From Octopus sinensis (lineage: Eukaryota), in NCBI RefSeq assembly GCF_006345805.1, contig NC_043004.1, positions 27,032,001 to 27,096,000 on the forward strand: a stretch of 64,000 nucleotides of DNA. The letters run 5' to 3'. Both the position numbers and the translations under genes were made by a program. Under the pieces are notes generated by a model. That model worked only from the letters and a program-made list of their open reading frames with translations. It had not been told where the DNA came from and did not search any database. Shown here one piece after another: positions 11,998 to 23,996 of this stretch. How positions within the stretch are numbered: the stretch's first letter is position 1; each line of letters opens with the position of its first letter.

Positions 11998-13610
11998 CTC
12001 TATTTCCAGGTCTTTGTATTTTGAAAGTTTCTCCATTTCTTTTAGAGAAACGTTGTCATCTGCTAGTATTGATACATCAATCAGAAAGCTTTTTTTTCTT
12101 CATGATCTCTGACAACTATATCTGGCCTATTGGCCTTCATTTCTCTGTGTGTATTGGCATATCCCAGAGTGTGGTTGCTTTGTCGTTTTCTGTGACCTTT
12201 TCTGGCGTGTGCCTATACCATCTTTTTCTGTTGTTATTCCATAGTGTTAGCATAGCTTCCAGAGTATGTAGGTCCCAACTCTGTCGTGTCTGTGAATATA
12301 TTCCTTCTTAGCCAGAACTGGGCAGCCAGAGACAATATGATTTATTGTTTCTTGTCCATCTCCACATATTCTGCAGTTACTTGCTATGTTTCTTTTCATT
12401 ATATGTTTTTGGTAATTTCTGGTCAGGAGGCTTTGGTCTTTTGCTGCTGTTAAAACTACTTCAGTCTCTGCTTTGTGTCCTGAGCTTCTCAACCATTGCT
12501 GGGATTTTTTTCTGTCTATTACTTTTGCATTTAGTTTAGCCCACTATTTGCCATGAATGGGCTTTTCTTGCCATCGTTTTATCATGGATCGTTGCTGTTC
12601 TAGTTTTAGTTGGATTTCATTAGTTTTATAGCTTTTGTTGCTTCTTCTTCTTCTTCTTCTTCTTCTTCTTCTTCTTCTTCTTCTTCTTCTTCTTCTTCTT
12701 CTTCTTCTTCATATTTGATAGGTAGTATGATTTTTTGTTTGAATTTTTAGCTTCCTTAAATACTGAAAACAATTTTTTTGCTCGTGTTTTGTGGCTATTT
12801 GTATTTGTTTTCCTTGCTTCTGAACTAGGTATTTTTGCATTCCTGTGGTGGTTATTTTATAATAGTTTTCCAGCTGTATAAGGCCTCTACCACCTTCTTT
12901 CTATACGTTGTATATATAGCCTTTCTATGTCAGATTTTAGATGGTGTATCCTAGATCCTGTCATTATTTTTCTTGTTTCCCTGTCTTCTTTGGTTAGTTC
13001 ATTTAGTGTCCAGTTAAGGATATTGTAGCTGTAACTTATAACTGGGACGGCTAAAGTGTTAATACCTATTATCTTGTTTTTAGCATTGAGCTCTGTTTTC
13101 AGTATTGATCTAACTCGTCTATAGTATTCTTTCTTTTATTTTCTCTTTCATTTGTGTGTGTTGCATCATATCTATTTCATTGATTCCTAAATATCTGTAT
13201 GTATGACTTTGGTCTAATTCTCTTATTTCATTGGCTTTATCTAGTGTGATGTTGCTACTCTTAACTAGTTTTCCTCTTTTCAGGGTTACTTTGGCGCATT
13301 TTTCTAATCCAAATTTCATATCTATTTCTTTGGTAAATCCATGTAGTGTCTGTAGTTGTGTTTCTAGCTGTTTATCATTTGTAGCGTATAGTTTTAGGTC
13401 ATCCAAATATAAAAGGTGGCTGATTGTTTTGCCGTAACATTTGTATCCGCATCCAGTTCTATTTAGCATGTCAGATAGAGGTGTCAGTGCTAAGCAGAAA
13501 AGGAGTGGAATATTCCACTTCTAATGGGAATGGCTTTGGTTTTCACGAGTCCCTCTTTTGTTTGGAGCTGTAGCACTGCCTGCCATTTATACATAGAGTG
13601 TCTTATGTAT
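11998..13610 (-). mobile_element. R4/Dong-type (restriction-like endonuclease) LINE, RT to RLE
   Basis: HLLYLDDLKLYA, MKFGLEKCA, YRYLGINE, CRICGDGQETINHIVSGC (CCHC), HRHDRVG, KYKDLEIE. Confidence 0.9.
12642..12710. repeat. (CTT)n microsatellite inside the R4-type ORF
   Basis: About 23 perfect units. Confidence 0.95.
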
Positions 13611-13670
13611 TTATAATTATTGGTGCTACCTTGTTCATGGCTAGTGTTTCGAGGATCCACGTGTGGGGAA

Positions 13671-13725
<55 letters not shown>

Positions 13726-13726
13726 T

Positions 13727-13934
13727 AAGGCGGCGAGCTGTTAGAATCGTTAGCATGCTGGGCGAAATGCTTGGCATCTTTTTGTCTACCACTGTGTTCT
13801 GAGTTCAAATTTAACTGAGGTCGCCATTGCTTTTCATTCTTTCGGGGTCGATAAATTAGGCACCAGTTGCATACTGGGATCAATGTAATCAACTGGTCTC
13901 CCTCCCCAAAAGTTTCAGGCCTATAATAGAAAAG
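13727..13934 (+). mobile_element. Full-length tRNA-head SINE flanked on both sides by (ATT)n
   Basis: AAGGCGGCGAGCTG A-box region, GAGTTCAAAT B-box, CTTTCGGGGTCGATAAA core (resembles the MetaSINE domain as I recall it). Confidence 0.8.
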
Positions 13935-13977
<43 letters not shown>

Positions 13978-15113
13978 GGGATCCAATTGACGAGCTTCAG
14001 CTTGAACAAGCCCCGAAGGGCGGCAGTAAAATCTTCGAGAGGGATCTGGACTTCAGAGCAAGGTTCTATCCTACTAAGAATGTCAGAGCTGATGTCCAGT
14101 TCGAAAAATTTTCGTCTTGAATCTTAGTAATGCCGACGTAGCTCCTGTGAGACCACACAAGTGGCATTGGTATGATGAACAATAGTATTATTTCGTGCTT
14201 TCTCTTTTTGACTGTCATTAAGAATTGGCCTTATTGTGTAGAGACAGAAAAGTCAAAACATTTTAAATGATTTAAAATCTTTAATTACCCAAACAGCAAA
14301 TTATTACTTTACTCAGATTAACTGCTTTTTTTTTAGACAAGCTCCACCTATTTTTTGAACAGTAACTCATAACATTTCTCCTTACTCAATTTCACGTCAC
14401 CTTTAACACAACTGTTTAGAATTTCGTAACTCTCATTTGATTGTAGTCATTCTGATACATTAGTATTATATGTTTTTATCTCTCTTAGCTTTTATTTTAT
14501 GTATTTATTCATTTTGCAGTTTTTTTAAATTACACCTTAGTTTGTTTAAGTGAAATGCAATTTATCACTGTTGACAAGACATCTCTTGTGCTTCCAACAG
14601 CCCTCCAATTTAAACCATCTCATGTAACCATTTCTTTTGTTCGGCCTTGTTAACATTCATAAAAATATTGTTTCTTTCAAAATGATATCTCTGACAGACT
14701 ATGGAAATATTTATTATTTAAAACTATATAAATTCATTTATGATTGTTTTAAACTAAGTTGGACATAATGTTCCTACTAATTGAATTAAACACCCGTCTT
14801 ACACAAAATCAGCTAAGTTGGTGTCTCTAATATATAAATAATTCCTATCTTTAAGTTGTATGGCTTCACTGCTATTTCATATCTTTCTTCTTAAGCAAAT
14901 GGCTGTTTTTAATCTAGAATAGATTTCTCTTTTTCATTTTTACACATCGGTTACCATGTTTACAATTAGCATCATTGCATTGAATAGTTATCTTTTCAGT
15001 TATTTTTCAGTAAACTATTCATATTAATTCTGAGCAATCCCCAATGGTTTTTATAATTCTGTTTACAGTACTTAGTAAGATTAAAAATTATATTTCCTTG
15101 TAAATCAATATGC

Positions 15114-15147
<34 letters not shown>

Positions 15148-15189
15148 AAACTGTCTATTTATTATTATTATTATCATTATTATTATTAT

Positions 15190-16122
15190 TATTTTCTTTG
15201 CACAGCTTCTAACGCTGGAGATGAACTACGGTGTCAGCTGTTCACTACCAGTGAACTAAGGTAACACTTATTTTTCGGGCACCTTCCGGAGTTTTCGAGC
15301 GGTTCCAAGCAGTGCTGTTTTCAGCGTGTGCTCCACCCTTATTGCATCTCCTATTTGTCCATGTAATTCTCGAGATATTTCTCACTGTTCCCAGGGCTCC
15401 GACAATTATTGGTACTACTGCTACCTTTTTCATCAACCACAACTGCTTAACCTCCCAAGCTAACCTGTCATATCTGTCGACTTTTCTTTCTCCCTTATCG
15501 CATACCTTGTTGTCAGCTGGGCGTGCTATATCTATGATCCAGCATAGTTTGTTCTTTTTCTCAATTAAGACTATGTCTGGCTTCCTATTCTCTATCTCAT
15601 GGTCGCATTGAATTGTAAAATCCCACAGGATCTTTGCATTATCATTTTCGATGATGCCTTCGGGTTTGTGGTCGTACCACTTCATTGCTCTGTCAAGTCC
15701 ATACGTGTTGCAGAGTGTCCAATGGACAAGCCTGGCTATATTGTCGTGGCCTGTCTTATATTCATTCTGGGCTAATGGCGTACATTGGCTGGTAATATGT
15801 CATACGGTTTCACCATTTTGTCCACAGATTCTGCACTTATCACTTTCTGCTGTGTTCTGCTGTCTATTCTGTATTTTATGTAGTTTGTTCTTAGTGCTTT
15901 CTCTTGTGCAGCACAGATTAGAGCCTTCGTTTCCAGTTTTAAATCACTTTTAGTCATCCATAGCCATCTTTTTTCTGTCTTATCTTCAATATCTCTATGA
16001 AATTGCCATGCATTCTTTTCTTTACCCACATATTTTCAGTTTCATTCGTTGTCAATTTCTTGTATGGTGCTTCATCTTTGCAATCTTTCATCCTACACAA
16101 GCCTGACCTTCCTACTTCTAAT
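15190..16122 (-). mobile_element. R4/Dong-type LINE 3' end with RLE domain and (AAT)n tail
   Basis: KWYDHKPE...ILWDFTIQCDHEIENRKPDIVL...IIDIARPAD...VVPIIVGALG (PD-D-K nuclease); AAQEQALRTN-like motif upstream. Confidence 0.9.
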
Positions 16123-16754
16123 AATAGCGGTTTTGTGAAATTTTTTACATACATAGGAATAAAAATTATATATAAAGAAACAAGAACGTGAAATACACAA
16201 AGGGATGAACACAGAAAACAGACGGGTCATTCGAAGCCTTTAATCTTCAGTCAGAAACCGGATCATCATAGCAAATTTCGGCTGATTAATTCTGATATAT
16301 ATACTGATATTCACACCGTTGAATTTTTGAATTTCTGAATTCAATTGTATTGTTACAATAAAAGGTATGTTTACATATTTGGGTAGTCAGGGATAAGTTT
16401 CATTAAAATTTAATATATTAAAGTTTTAAAGTTTTCTTTAGATATTCGTTTATCTGTCTGCTTGGAGAATACAATAGTATTTTTGCAATGAAAGGGATGT
16501 TTACATTTTCGAATACTCAGGGAGAAAGGAAGGTAAAATTTTAACAGAAAATTGTAGATATTAAGGTTTTAAAATTTACTGAAGATGATCTTTTGTCTGT
16601 CCGAATAGAGAAAGATGTAGTTTTCATGGAATAAAGATGTTTACATTTTCAAATAGTAAGGGAGAAAGGAAAGGATAGGTATTGACAGAAGTTGTAGATA
16701 TTATTATTATTATTATTGTTATTGTTGTTGTTGCTGTTGTTGTTGTTATAATTA

Positions 16755-18477
16755 TCGTATTGACTCTCGAGCCATTACTGCGGAATTTGGAGGCTTTGAG
16801 GGGTGTCCCGCATGATCTGGGATGTGGAAACAGCGTGTCTGCCAATGCCGACGACGTCACCGTGATGGTGTCGAGCCACAGGCACATCGACCTGATAGGC
16901 GAAACGCAAAGCGAGCACGAAGCGGTGACAGGTGCGAAAATTAATGTGGAAAAGTCGGTGGGGTTGCAACTGGGTACTTGGAGGGGCAAGTCCATGCCGT
17001 CCAACAGCGTCGTTGGCCGCTGGACAGACGGTCCCATTAAACTGCTCGGGGTCTGGTTCGGTCCAGTCCTCCAGGTGGAGAAAAACTGGGACGAAGTGAC
17101 GAGCAGGGTAGCCAATCTCACCCAGAAATAGGTCGAGAGGAAGCTCTCCCAGAAAGGTTGAGCGGGGATGGTGAATGCGTACATCGCATCCGTCATCTAT
17201 TCCGATTGACCACTGTCCCTTGTCCTGACCGCTGGTTGGCCAAACTGGTGCGCTTGCTCTTCGACTTTCTGTGGAAGGGTCAGGTACCACTGCTCAGGTG
17301 CTCCATCTGCTGTCAACAGCCGCTAAAAGGAGGCCTTGGCATGCCGTGGTTGCTGATGCACAGACATACGCTCAGGCTACGGCATATCAAGCGTTTCCTG
17401 GACGGTGAACAGATGTGGTCGCCGTTCGTCAGACACGACTTTCTGCAGCTCGTCTCTTTGACAGAGCTGCGATCATGGATCAAACGTAGACCGAGAAAGG
17501 GCGCTTGGCACATCAAGTGCCGTCAAGCTCTCACCGCCCTCCACCGAGCGGGCAATGCGATTGGTCGTAGTTCCACTCTAGCGTTCTATAGAGGGTTAAT
17601 GAAGGAAAAGTGTGACGACGTTCTCGGGAAACTCTAAGTGTCGACTACATTCAACTAAAAAGTCTGTTCAGCAGAACTTTCGGGCCGGGGCCCATGAATA
17701 AGTTCCAAAGGTCTCTCGCCTAGCAGTGCTACCGAGGAGTGTTGCCTCTTCGAGATAATCTCTACCGGCACGGAAGTGCCGTCAGCCGGGCCTTCCGAGG
17801 TGCGCTCAGGACGACAAAACCGTTCAGCATGCATTCGTCCAGTGCCCGAGTATTGCTGACCTATGGGTTTATGTCGAACAGCTACTGTCGCATGTAGGAT
17901 GGATCTGGCTATAAGCTGAATCCATAGTGAAGATTACCCCGCCGATCACCTTTAACTGGGAGGGCAAGGCAATTTTCTTTTGTCTAGTGCCTGTAGCGAA
18001 AGAGGTGGACCCGTCTGAAAGGGCTAAAGTCAGACACTTTCCTCTTTGGCCAAGGCCTCATCAACTTTTTCAAGTTGAAAAGAAAGATGAGAGTAAAGAG
18101 GGAAGTGCTGTCTCGTAGCAAATTTATTGAAAGGTGGGTGAATGTCGGTAAAATGGCCAGTATGAACGGACCAATTCTGAGGTTACACCTGTAAAAAGAA
18201 GGTAATATAAAAGAAGGGTCTCTTTTGAGCAGGCTCCCGTGGCTTTTATGTTTTTTTCCACGAGTAACCTTTCAAAGCGCCTCCCCCTATTGGGAGTCTT
18301 ATTTGTTATATTTTTCGCTGTTATTTGAATGTTTACTCGGACTTTTCGTTTTCTTTTTTCTTTTTGATTTTCGCAAAACCCCTTTTACTTTTCGTCCTGT
18401 GTTTGACCTCACATGTTTTTTTAAAATTTATGTTAGCCCTTGTGACCAATAAAACCAGAATTAATTATTATTATTAT
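16755..18477 (+). mobile_element. Tx1/L1-clade LINE, 5'-truncated, RT to 3' UTR
   Basis: LEPLLRNL, SANADDVT (YADD), GAKINVEKS, LLGVWFG, FDFLWKG, GGLGMP; AATAAA 18448-18453, (ATT)n tail. Confidence 0.9.
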
Positions 18478-18684
18478 CATCTAAGACGTTGTACAGTATA
18501 CAATATTGTGATGTATATTGAAGATATAGTGTGTACCAAGGACTTGTGCTATCAGTGAGGTCATAAGAACCTCACACAGACAGCACTTTATGCAGTTTGT
18601 GTGGAAATCAGGTTGTCTTTGATGAAAAGTGTACATGAAATGATAGCAGAGCACCATCTATCACTGAGACATCAAAATATTGCT

Positions 18685-18895
18685 TTAAAATTTTGGCACA
18701 AAGCTAGAAATTTTGGGGGATGGGGTAAATCAATTACATTGATCCCAGGGCTCAATTGGTATTTATTTTATTGGCTCCAAAAGGACAAAAGCAAAGTCGA
18801 CCTCGGTGGAATTTGAACTCAGAATGTGGAGACAGACGAAATATTGCTAAGCATTTTGCCCAGTACTCTAATGATTCTGCCAGCTTGCCATCTTA
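18685..18895 (-). mobile_element. tRNA-head SINE (same family as 13727)
   Basis: GTCGACCTCGGTGGAATTTGAACTCAGAA etc., reverse orientation. Confidence 0.75.
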
Positions 18896-19659
18896 AAGCA
18901 AGAAAATATTACTATGAAAGATTGCTATATGAGAAAGAGTGAGAGAAGGATCAGTTCTTGAAATTGAGTGATTGAAACTTTCAGTGAATATAGGCAAGTA
19001 AAGGAAACAGTCAGACCATATATTGGTTTTTACTGTAACAATGAAATGCAGGCCATCTAAAAATCTCTTACATAGCCTGAGACTTGGCCTTATCATAGTA
19101 GACCAATAATCAAAAGGCTTTACAGCTATGACCATTTCATTGTTTTTTAGGAACTGTATAACCTGACCTATATTATTGACAATTTATTTTTTAGCTAACC
19201 AAGTGACCATGTAGAGGTTTCATTGTTAGCATCTAGTCAATTAGGTTGTTGTTGTTGTTGGTGTTTTAGCATTAGGTCATCGTTTTTCAAGGAGAATTAT
19301 AATCAAATGTATTCCAGCCATAACCATCTAGTATTTTCCTTATGTTATGGGACCCATTACCCAATGTGTTTTTGTATGCAAGCATGGAAATCGGACGTTA
19401 AATGATGATGATGATGATGTTGAAAGATGTGATTTGAAATCAACTTGGCTGCTATTTCTAGCATATTGAGAAAGCACAAAGAGGCTCCCTCATGACTCAG
19501 ACAGGCACCATTTTCAATCACTGATCTGGTGGTACCATAGTGAATAGCTACAAAAACAGATGAGATGATACAGAAATAGTAACTGCAGAGGTGGTGGTAC
19601 TGATTTGTGGTGTTGTTGCTATTGTTGTTTTTAGTGGTGGTTGTAAGGATGACAGTGGT

Positions 19660-19880
19660 GGGGAGCTGGCAGAAACGTTAGCATGCCGGGTGAAATACCT
19701 AGCGGTATTTCGTCTGCCTTACGTTCTGAGTTCAAATTCCGCCGAGGTCGACTTTGCCTTTCATTCTTTCGTGGTCGATAAATTAAGTACCAGTTGCGCA
19801 CTGGGGTCGATATAATCGGCTTGATCCATTTGTTTGTCCCCTCTGTGTGTAGCCCCTTGTGGGTAGTAAAGAAATAGGTG
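19660..19880 (+). mobile_element. tRNA-head SINE (same family, well preserved)
   Basis: GAGCTGGCAGAAACGTTAGC...GAGTTCAAATTCCGCCGAGGTCGACTTTGCCTTTC...GTCGATAAA. Confidence 0.85.
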
Positions 19881-20193
19881 CTGCTGTTTTTTGTTATCAG
19901 TAGTGGTTACAATATCAGTGGTAGGGTCTGTGGTGATGGTGATAGATGCTGATGCTTCTAATAGGTCAAGCAAACACTAACATCGTCACCAATATCATTA
20001 CCACCACGACCACCACCGCTATCTCCCTCACCACTAGTTGGTGTCAGTTTATGTTTAGACTATTGAACACTGATCAATCAATAAATGTAATATGACAGTA
20101 TCAGTAATTTGATCTGATGATTATTATTCCTCCCCCCCCCAACATCTTTAAGCTATCTCCTTATTCCATTGCACCACCACCATCACACAACAG

Positions 20194-20322
20194 CTACTTC
20201 ATGAAGTGTTACAATGTCTGTGGTTGATCTTGTACTACCTTGATATCTTCTATGACATGTCATTCATCATGTACTTCGTCACTATTTATGGCAGTGCGGC
20301 ATGGAACATCACCTGGCTTCTG
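20194..20322 (+). CDS. Candidate 129-nt coding exon of a membrane protein (LLHEVLQCLWLILYYLDIFYDMSFIMYFVTIYGSAAWNITWLL)
   Basis: cag|...|gtagga, 43 codons, only one frame open, many C-ending codons unlike the AT-rich background, hydrophobic. Confidence 0.55.
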
Positions 20323-22295
20323 GTAGGACAGAATAGTACCAACCATCATTGCCTATGCTGATGGTGGGGATAATGATGATAATAGTTGTGATGATGATGA
20401 AGATGATGATGATGATGGTAATGGTGACTAGAGTGGTAATGATAATAAAATAATGGTGGTGTTGGTGACAATGATGTTGTGGACTGTAGTGGTGATAGTG
20501 ATGATAATGATAATGATGGTGGTGGTAGTAGGTAGTTAATGATGATGTAACAATGACGATGGTGGCGGTGAGAAGAAATAACAACACCACAAGGCATTGA
20601 TGATGATGCGGTACAAGGGAAGATGAGAAGGATAACAACAACAACAGCAATTATAATATAAATTATAAAAGTACAAGTTGCATATTTGTGAGCATATATA
20701 CTGTGTTATCCATATCTCATAAACTGTATACATACTTTTAAGAAAAACATGTAGAATCATGGCACATAGATGGTAGAATCGGTAGAGTATCTTCGAAAAT
20801 ACTTGATTGTATTTAGTTCCAACTCCTTTTCTTGCCCTGAGTCACTTTGCTTCCATTATTTCAAGATTTATTGAATAAGTAATAACTGATAAAAAGGAGT
20901 TTTAATCAAATGCGAAAATGAAATAGCTGTAACGAAGAAGGCCTGAAACATTTCCCCCATTTGATGCCATTAAATTGGTTTTGATGCCCCAATTCTTCAA
21001 TATTTCAGTGATGTTTGTACTGGTTTGTCTTATTCCTTTATATTTGGTTTTGCTTCTGCTGAAATTTTTTTTATACCAAAATTTAAGGTGACTGAAATCT
21101 AGAGTTTAGAGAGGGTAAGAAACTGAATGATCTTGTGTGGTCTTCATGACTTTCTTAAAGATATAATGGACATTGTTGAAGTGGACTGAAGTGAAAACTA
21201 ATGCTTTTGTGAATATTTGGAGTCAACAGTCTGATTTATAATGAAGATTAATATTCAATTTTTGCTCTATTAATTAGATGTATAACAAATCTATGACTAG
21301 ATGAGTTGACTGGTTTAATGCAGCTGCAATTGCTAGACACTCTGGTAGAACAAGACAGATAAACTGAAACACTGAGGTTCTTGTGATAATGAAAACATGC
21401 AGGAAGATTTGAACTTGTGACCAAATTTTGGTTGTTTTATAAGATATCGATATGGCTACAGAACAAAATTTAGTAGTTGAAATATTTTCATGCAACTTGG
21501 CATAAATAACTGATTATGTCCAATTCTATATAACAGCTAGTTTTACTCTGTAAAATGGAATTTCACTTAGAAGAAAACAACAAATTGTTAAAATAATGGC
21601 ACAAAAGGCCTTACAGAGATTTTAAGTGTTGCAGTATTTAACCTTATTTGAATGACATGAACCAACAATCCCATCACTGAATAGTTTGTTGTACATAACA
21701 CTCCTGTGTAGTAAATTTGAACTAATAACCTGTGAGTTCAAAGAACTTACCTACCAAGCCATCTAACAACTACCGAAAACAAAATAATCACCTGTATTGG
21801 ATACTGGATTACCAGAGTTTAGTTCAATAGTTAAAATCCAGTGAAGGAATTCTACTTCAGGATACATCTTATCTATGCATCTTAATCTTCAACACATATT
21901 GCTGTTGGGAAAAATATCAGTTCAGGAAAAGGATGTGTGAAAGACTGGAATCCTTTCTTGTGTAAGATGCGGCTCTCATCTGCTGTATGCAATAAAACCT
22001 CTGGTACCCAAAAGAGATGTTTTACTTATCTTATCGATTGAAAATCAAAAAATTGTTTTTTGATAAGAGAATTACGAACTGTTATGTCATCTCTAAGTAT
22101 TGACTACACACATACACAAGAAATAAAGAAAGTATTAATTGGTTTCAAACATCCAAAACATGTGTTTTCCAAAATTAAATCAGAAATATGTGAAAACAAT
22201 ACTATTTGTTAGTTTTTAAAATAAGCACAAGAGCAAAATAATTGTTGGGGAGGGGTCAGTGTATTGATACCAGTAATTAATTGATTGGCACTTAC

Positions 22296-22360
22296 TGAGT
22301 GCCCATACTGTCCTCTAGTGTGGTCACTTGGTAAAAAAAGGGCTGTTGATTGATTGAATC
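22296..22360 (-). CDS. Candidate 65-nt internal exon
   Basis: tgtacaactctctcag|GATTCA...GGCACTCA|gtaagt; DSINQQPFFYQVTTLEDSMGT or FNQSTALFLPSDHTRGQYGHS. Confidence 0.35.
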
Positions 22361-22641
22361 CTGAGAGAGTTGTACAAAATGCCTTGTGGTAATTCTCTCT
22401 CTTTATGAAATCAAATTTGTGTTTCCTCATTTAAACTAGATAAGCACTTGGAGAGCGCAGACCTCCACCAAGCAGTTCATTTCCACCCATATACACGCAT
22501 GCTGAAAATCGCCCAATTTCCCAAACCAACACTGGCAAAAACATAACCTCCTTGGCAGAGTTTTAAAAAAAATAACAGCCATATGATTTAAAGAAAAAAA
22601 ACCCTTTAAAAACAGGAATCATCTGAAGCAGTTATAATGCA

Positions 22642-22880
22642 TCAATGACAACAGCAAGCTAGTTTGAGTGATACACACACACACACAACATCATGGTCGG
22701 AAAAGTAACAGTTGGTTATGGTGAGTTGTGAACGCTGATCCTGGTTCACGTAAACATGATCTAGCAGGCTTCCATAGTTGGTGGTGGGTTTTTGGACTAT
22801 TTGGTTGAACTCAGACTGGTTCATAGTTGTCAAGATCTCAATGTTAGGGGAATCAAGGAGATCCATGTTGAAGTACACTA
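22642..22880 (-). mobile_element. AP-type endonuclease C-terminal fragment, Helitron/Helentron-like
   Basis: FNMDLL...QIVQKPTTNYGSLLDHVYVN...YFSDH then stop, as at the C-terminus of endonuclease-bearing Helitrons; a LINE origin is not excluded. Confidence 0.6.
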
Positions 22881-23948
22881 AGGACGATGGTCAGATGATT
22901 CCTTGGCAAAGATAAAAGAGGTATCTGTCTATTTACGAAACTAAACCTACCTACCTATTTTACATCCCTCTATGGTCAGTATAGTATCACTCATCCCTCA
23001 AGAATCCATAGATACGTGAGTAAAATTACAAATAGAGAAACGAAAATAAAACTTTGGAAACAGCAACACCACCAGCAATGCCACCATAAGTTACAGGGAA
23101 ACGATGAACGTGTTTTCAAGGGAGATAATCAAAGAATGTAACACTTCATGTATAGTAAATATGTCAAATGAAAAATCCTTCAAGAATCCATAAAAATTCC
23201 CGTATCACTACCAAAATTTCATCATCTGTTCCTTGTGTTATTGTCAACTTTTTCTGCAAGTTTCATTAAATATTGTTCACAGCTTTTTGAAGTTATTTTG
23301 CACACAGACGGACAGACGGACAAACCAATGACAATGAAAACAACCTCCTTCCTTGGCGGAGATAATAAACTAGTCAAGTAGTGGGATCAATATTATTGAA
23401 TATACTCTTCCTTCTTCAAACATCTAGCATTGTGCCTATATTAAAAAAAAAATTCTTGACCCCGACTGGAGACTTGGCATCAAAGAGGATAGAATTTCAA
23501 CAGGCAGTATATAGTAAAGATGTTGGGTGATGTATAGTATAGGTGTTATGGGGTATATAGTATAAGTGTAGGGCAGTGTGCAGTACAGCTCTGTAAGGTG
23601 GTATGTAGAATAGTCAGTGTCCCCCAGTTCATGACTGGTACCTATTTCCTTTGCTACTTCAGATAATGAAAAACAAAAATTAATCAGGTTAAGAATTGAA
23701 CTCAGAAGAGAAAAGGGTGAAACTAAAAGCAATAATGTGTTTAGGCAAGTGTTCTGCTTTTCTGCCCCATTATCCTCGAATTTATTGAAAGTATTTTACA
23801 GTTTGCAATTTAATAATTTGTACTTTAAGCACTTATTGGTTGCTGTTTGCTTCTTGGAGACAAAATTTTAAAATTATCAATATTCTGTCATTTTCCTTTT
23901 AACGTTATACCACTCAAAAAACTATATAATGTGCATGTGTGTGTGTAT

Positions 23949-23996
<48 letters not shown>

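Noticed and set aside
14180-15120. Possible very old PLE/LINE relic
   Set aside because: No motif could be read reliably.
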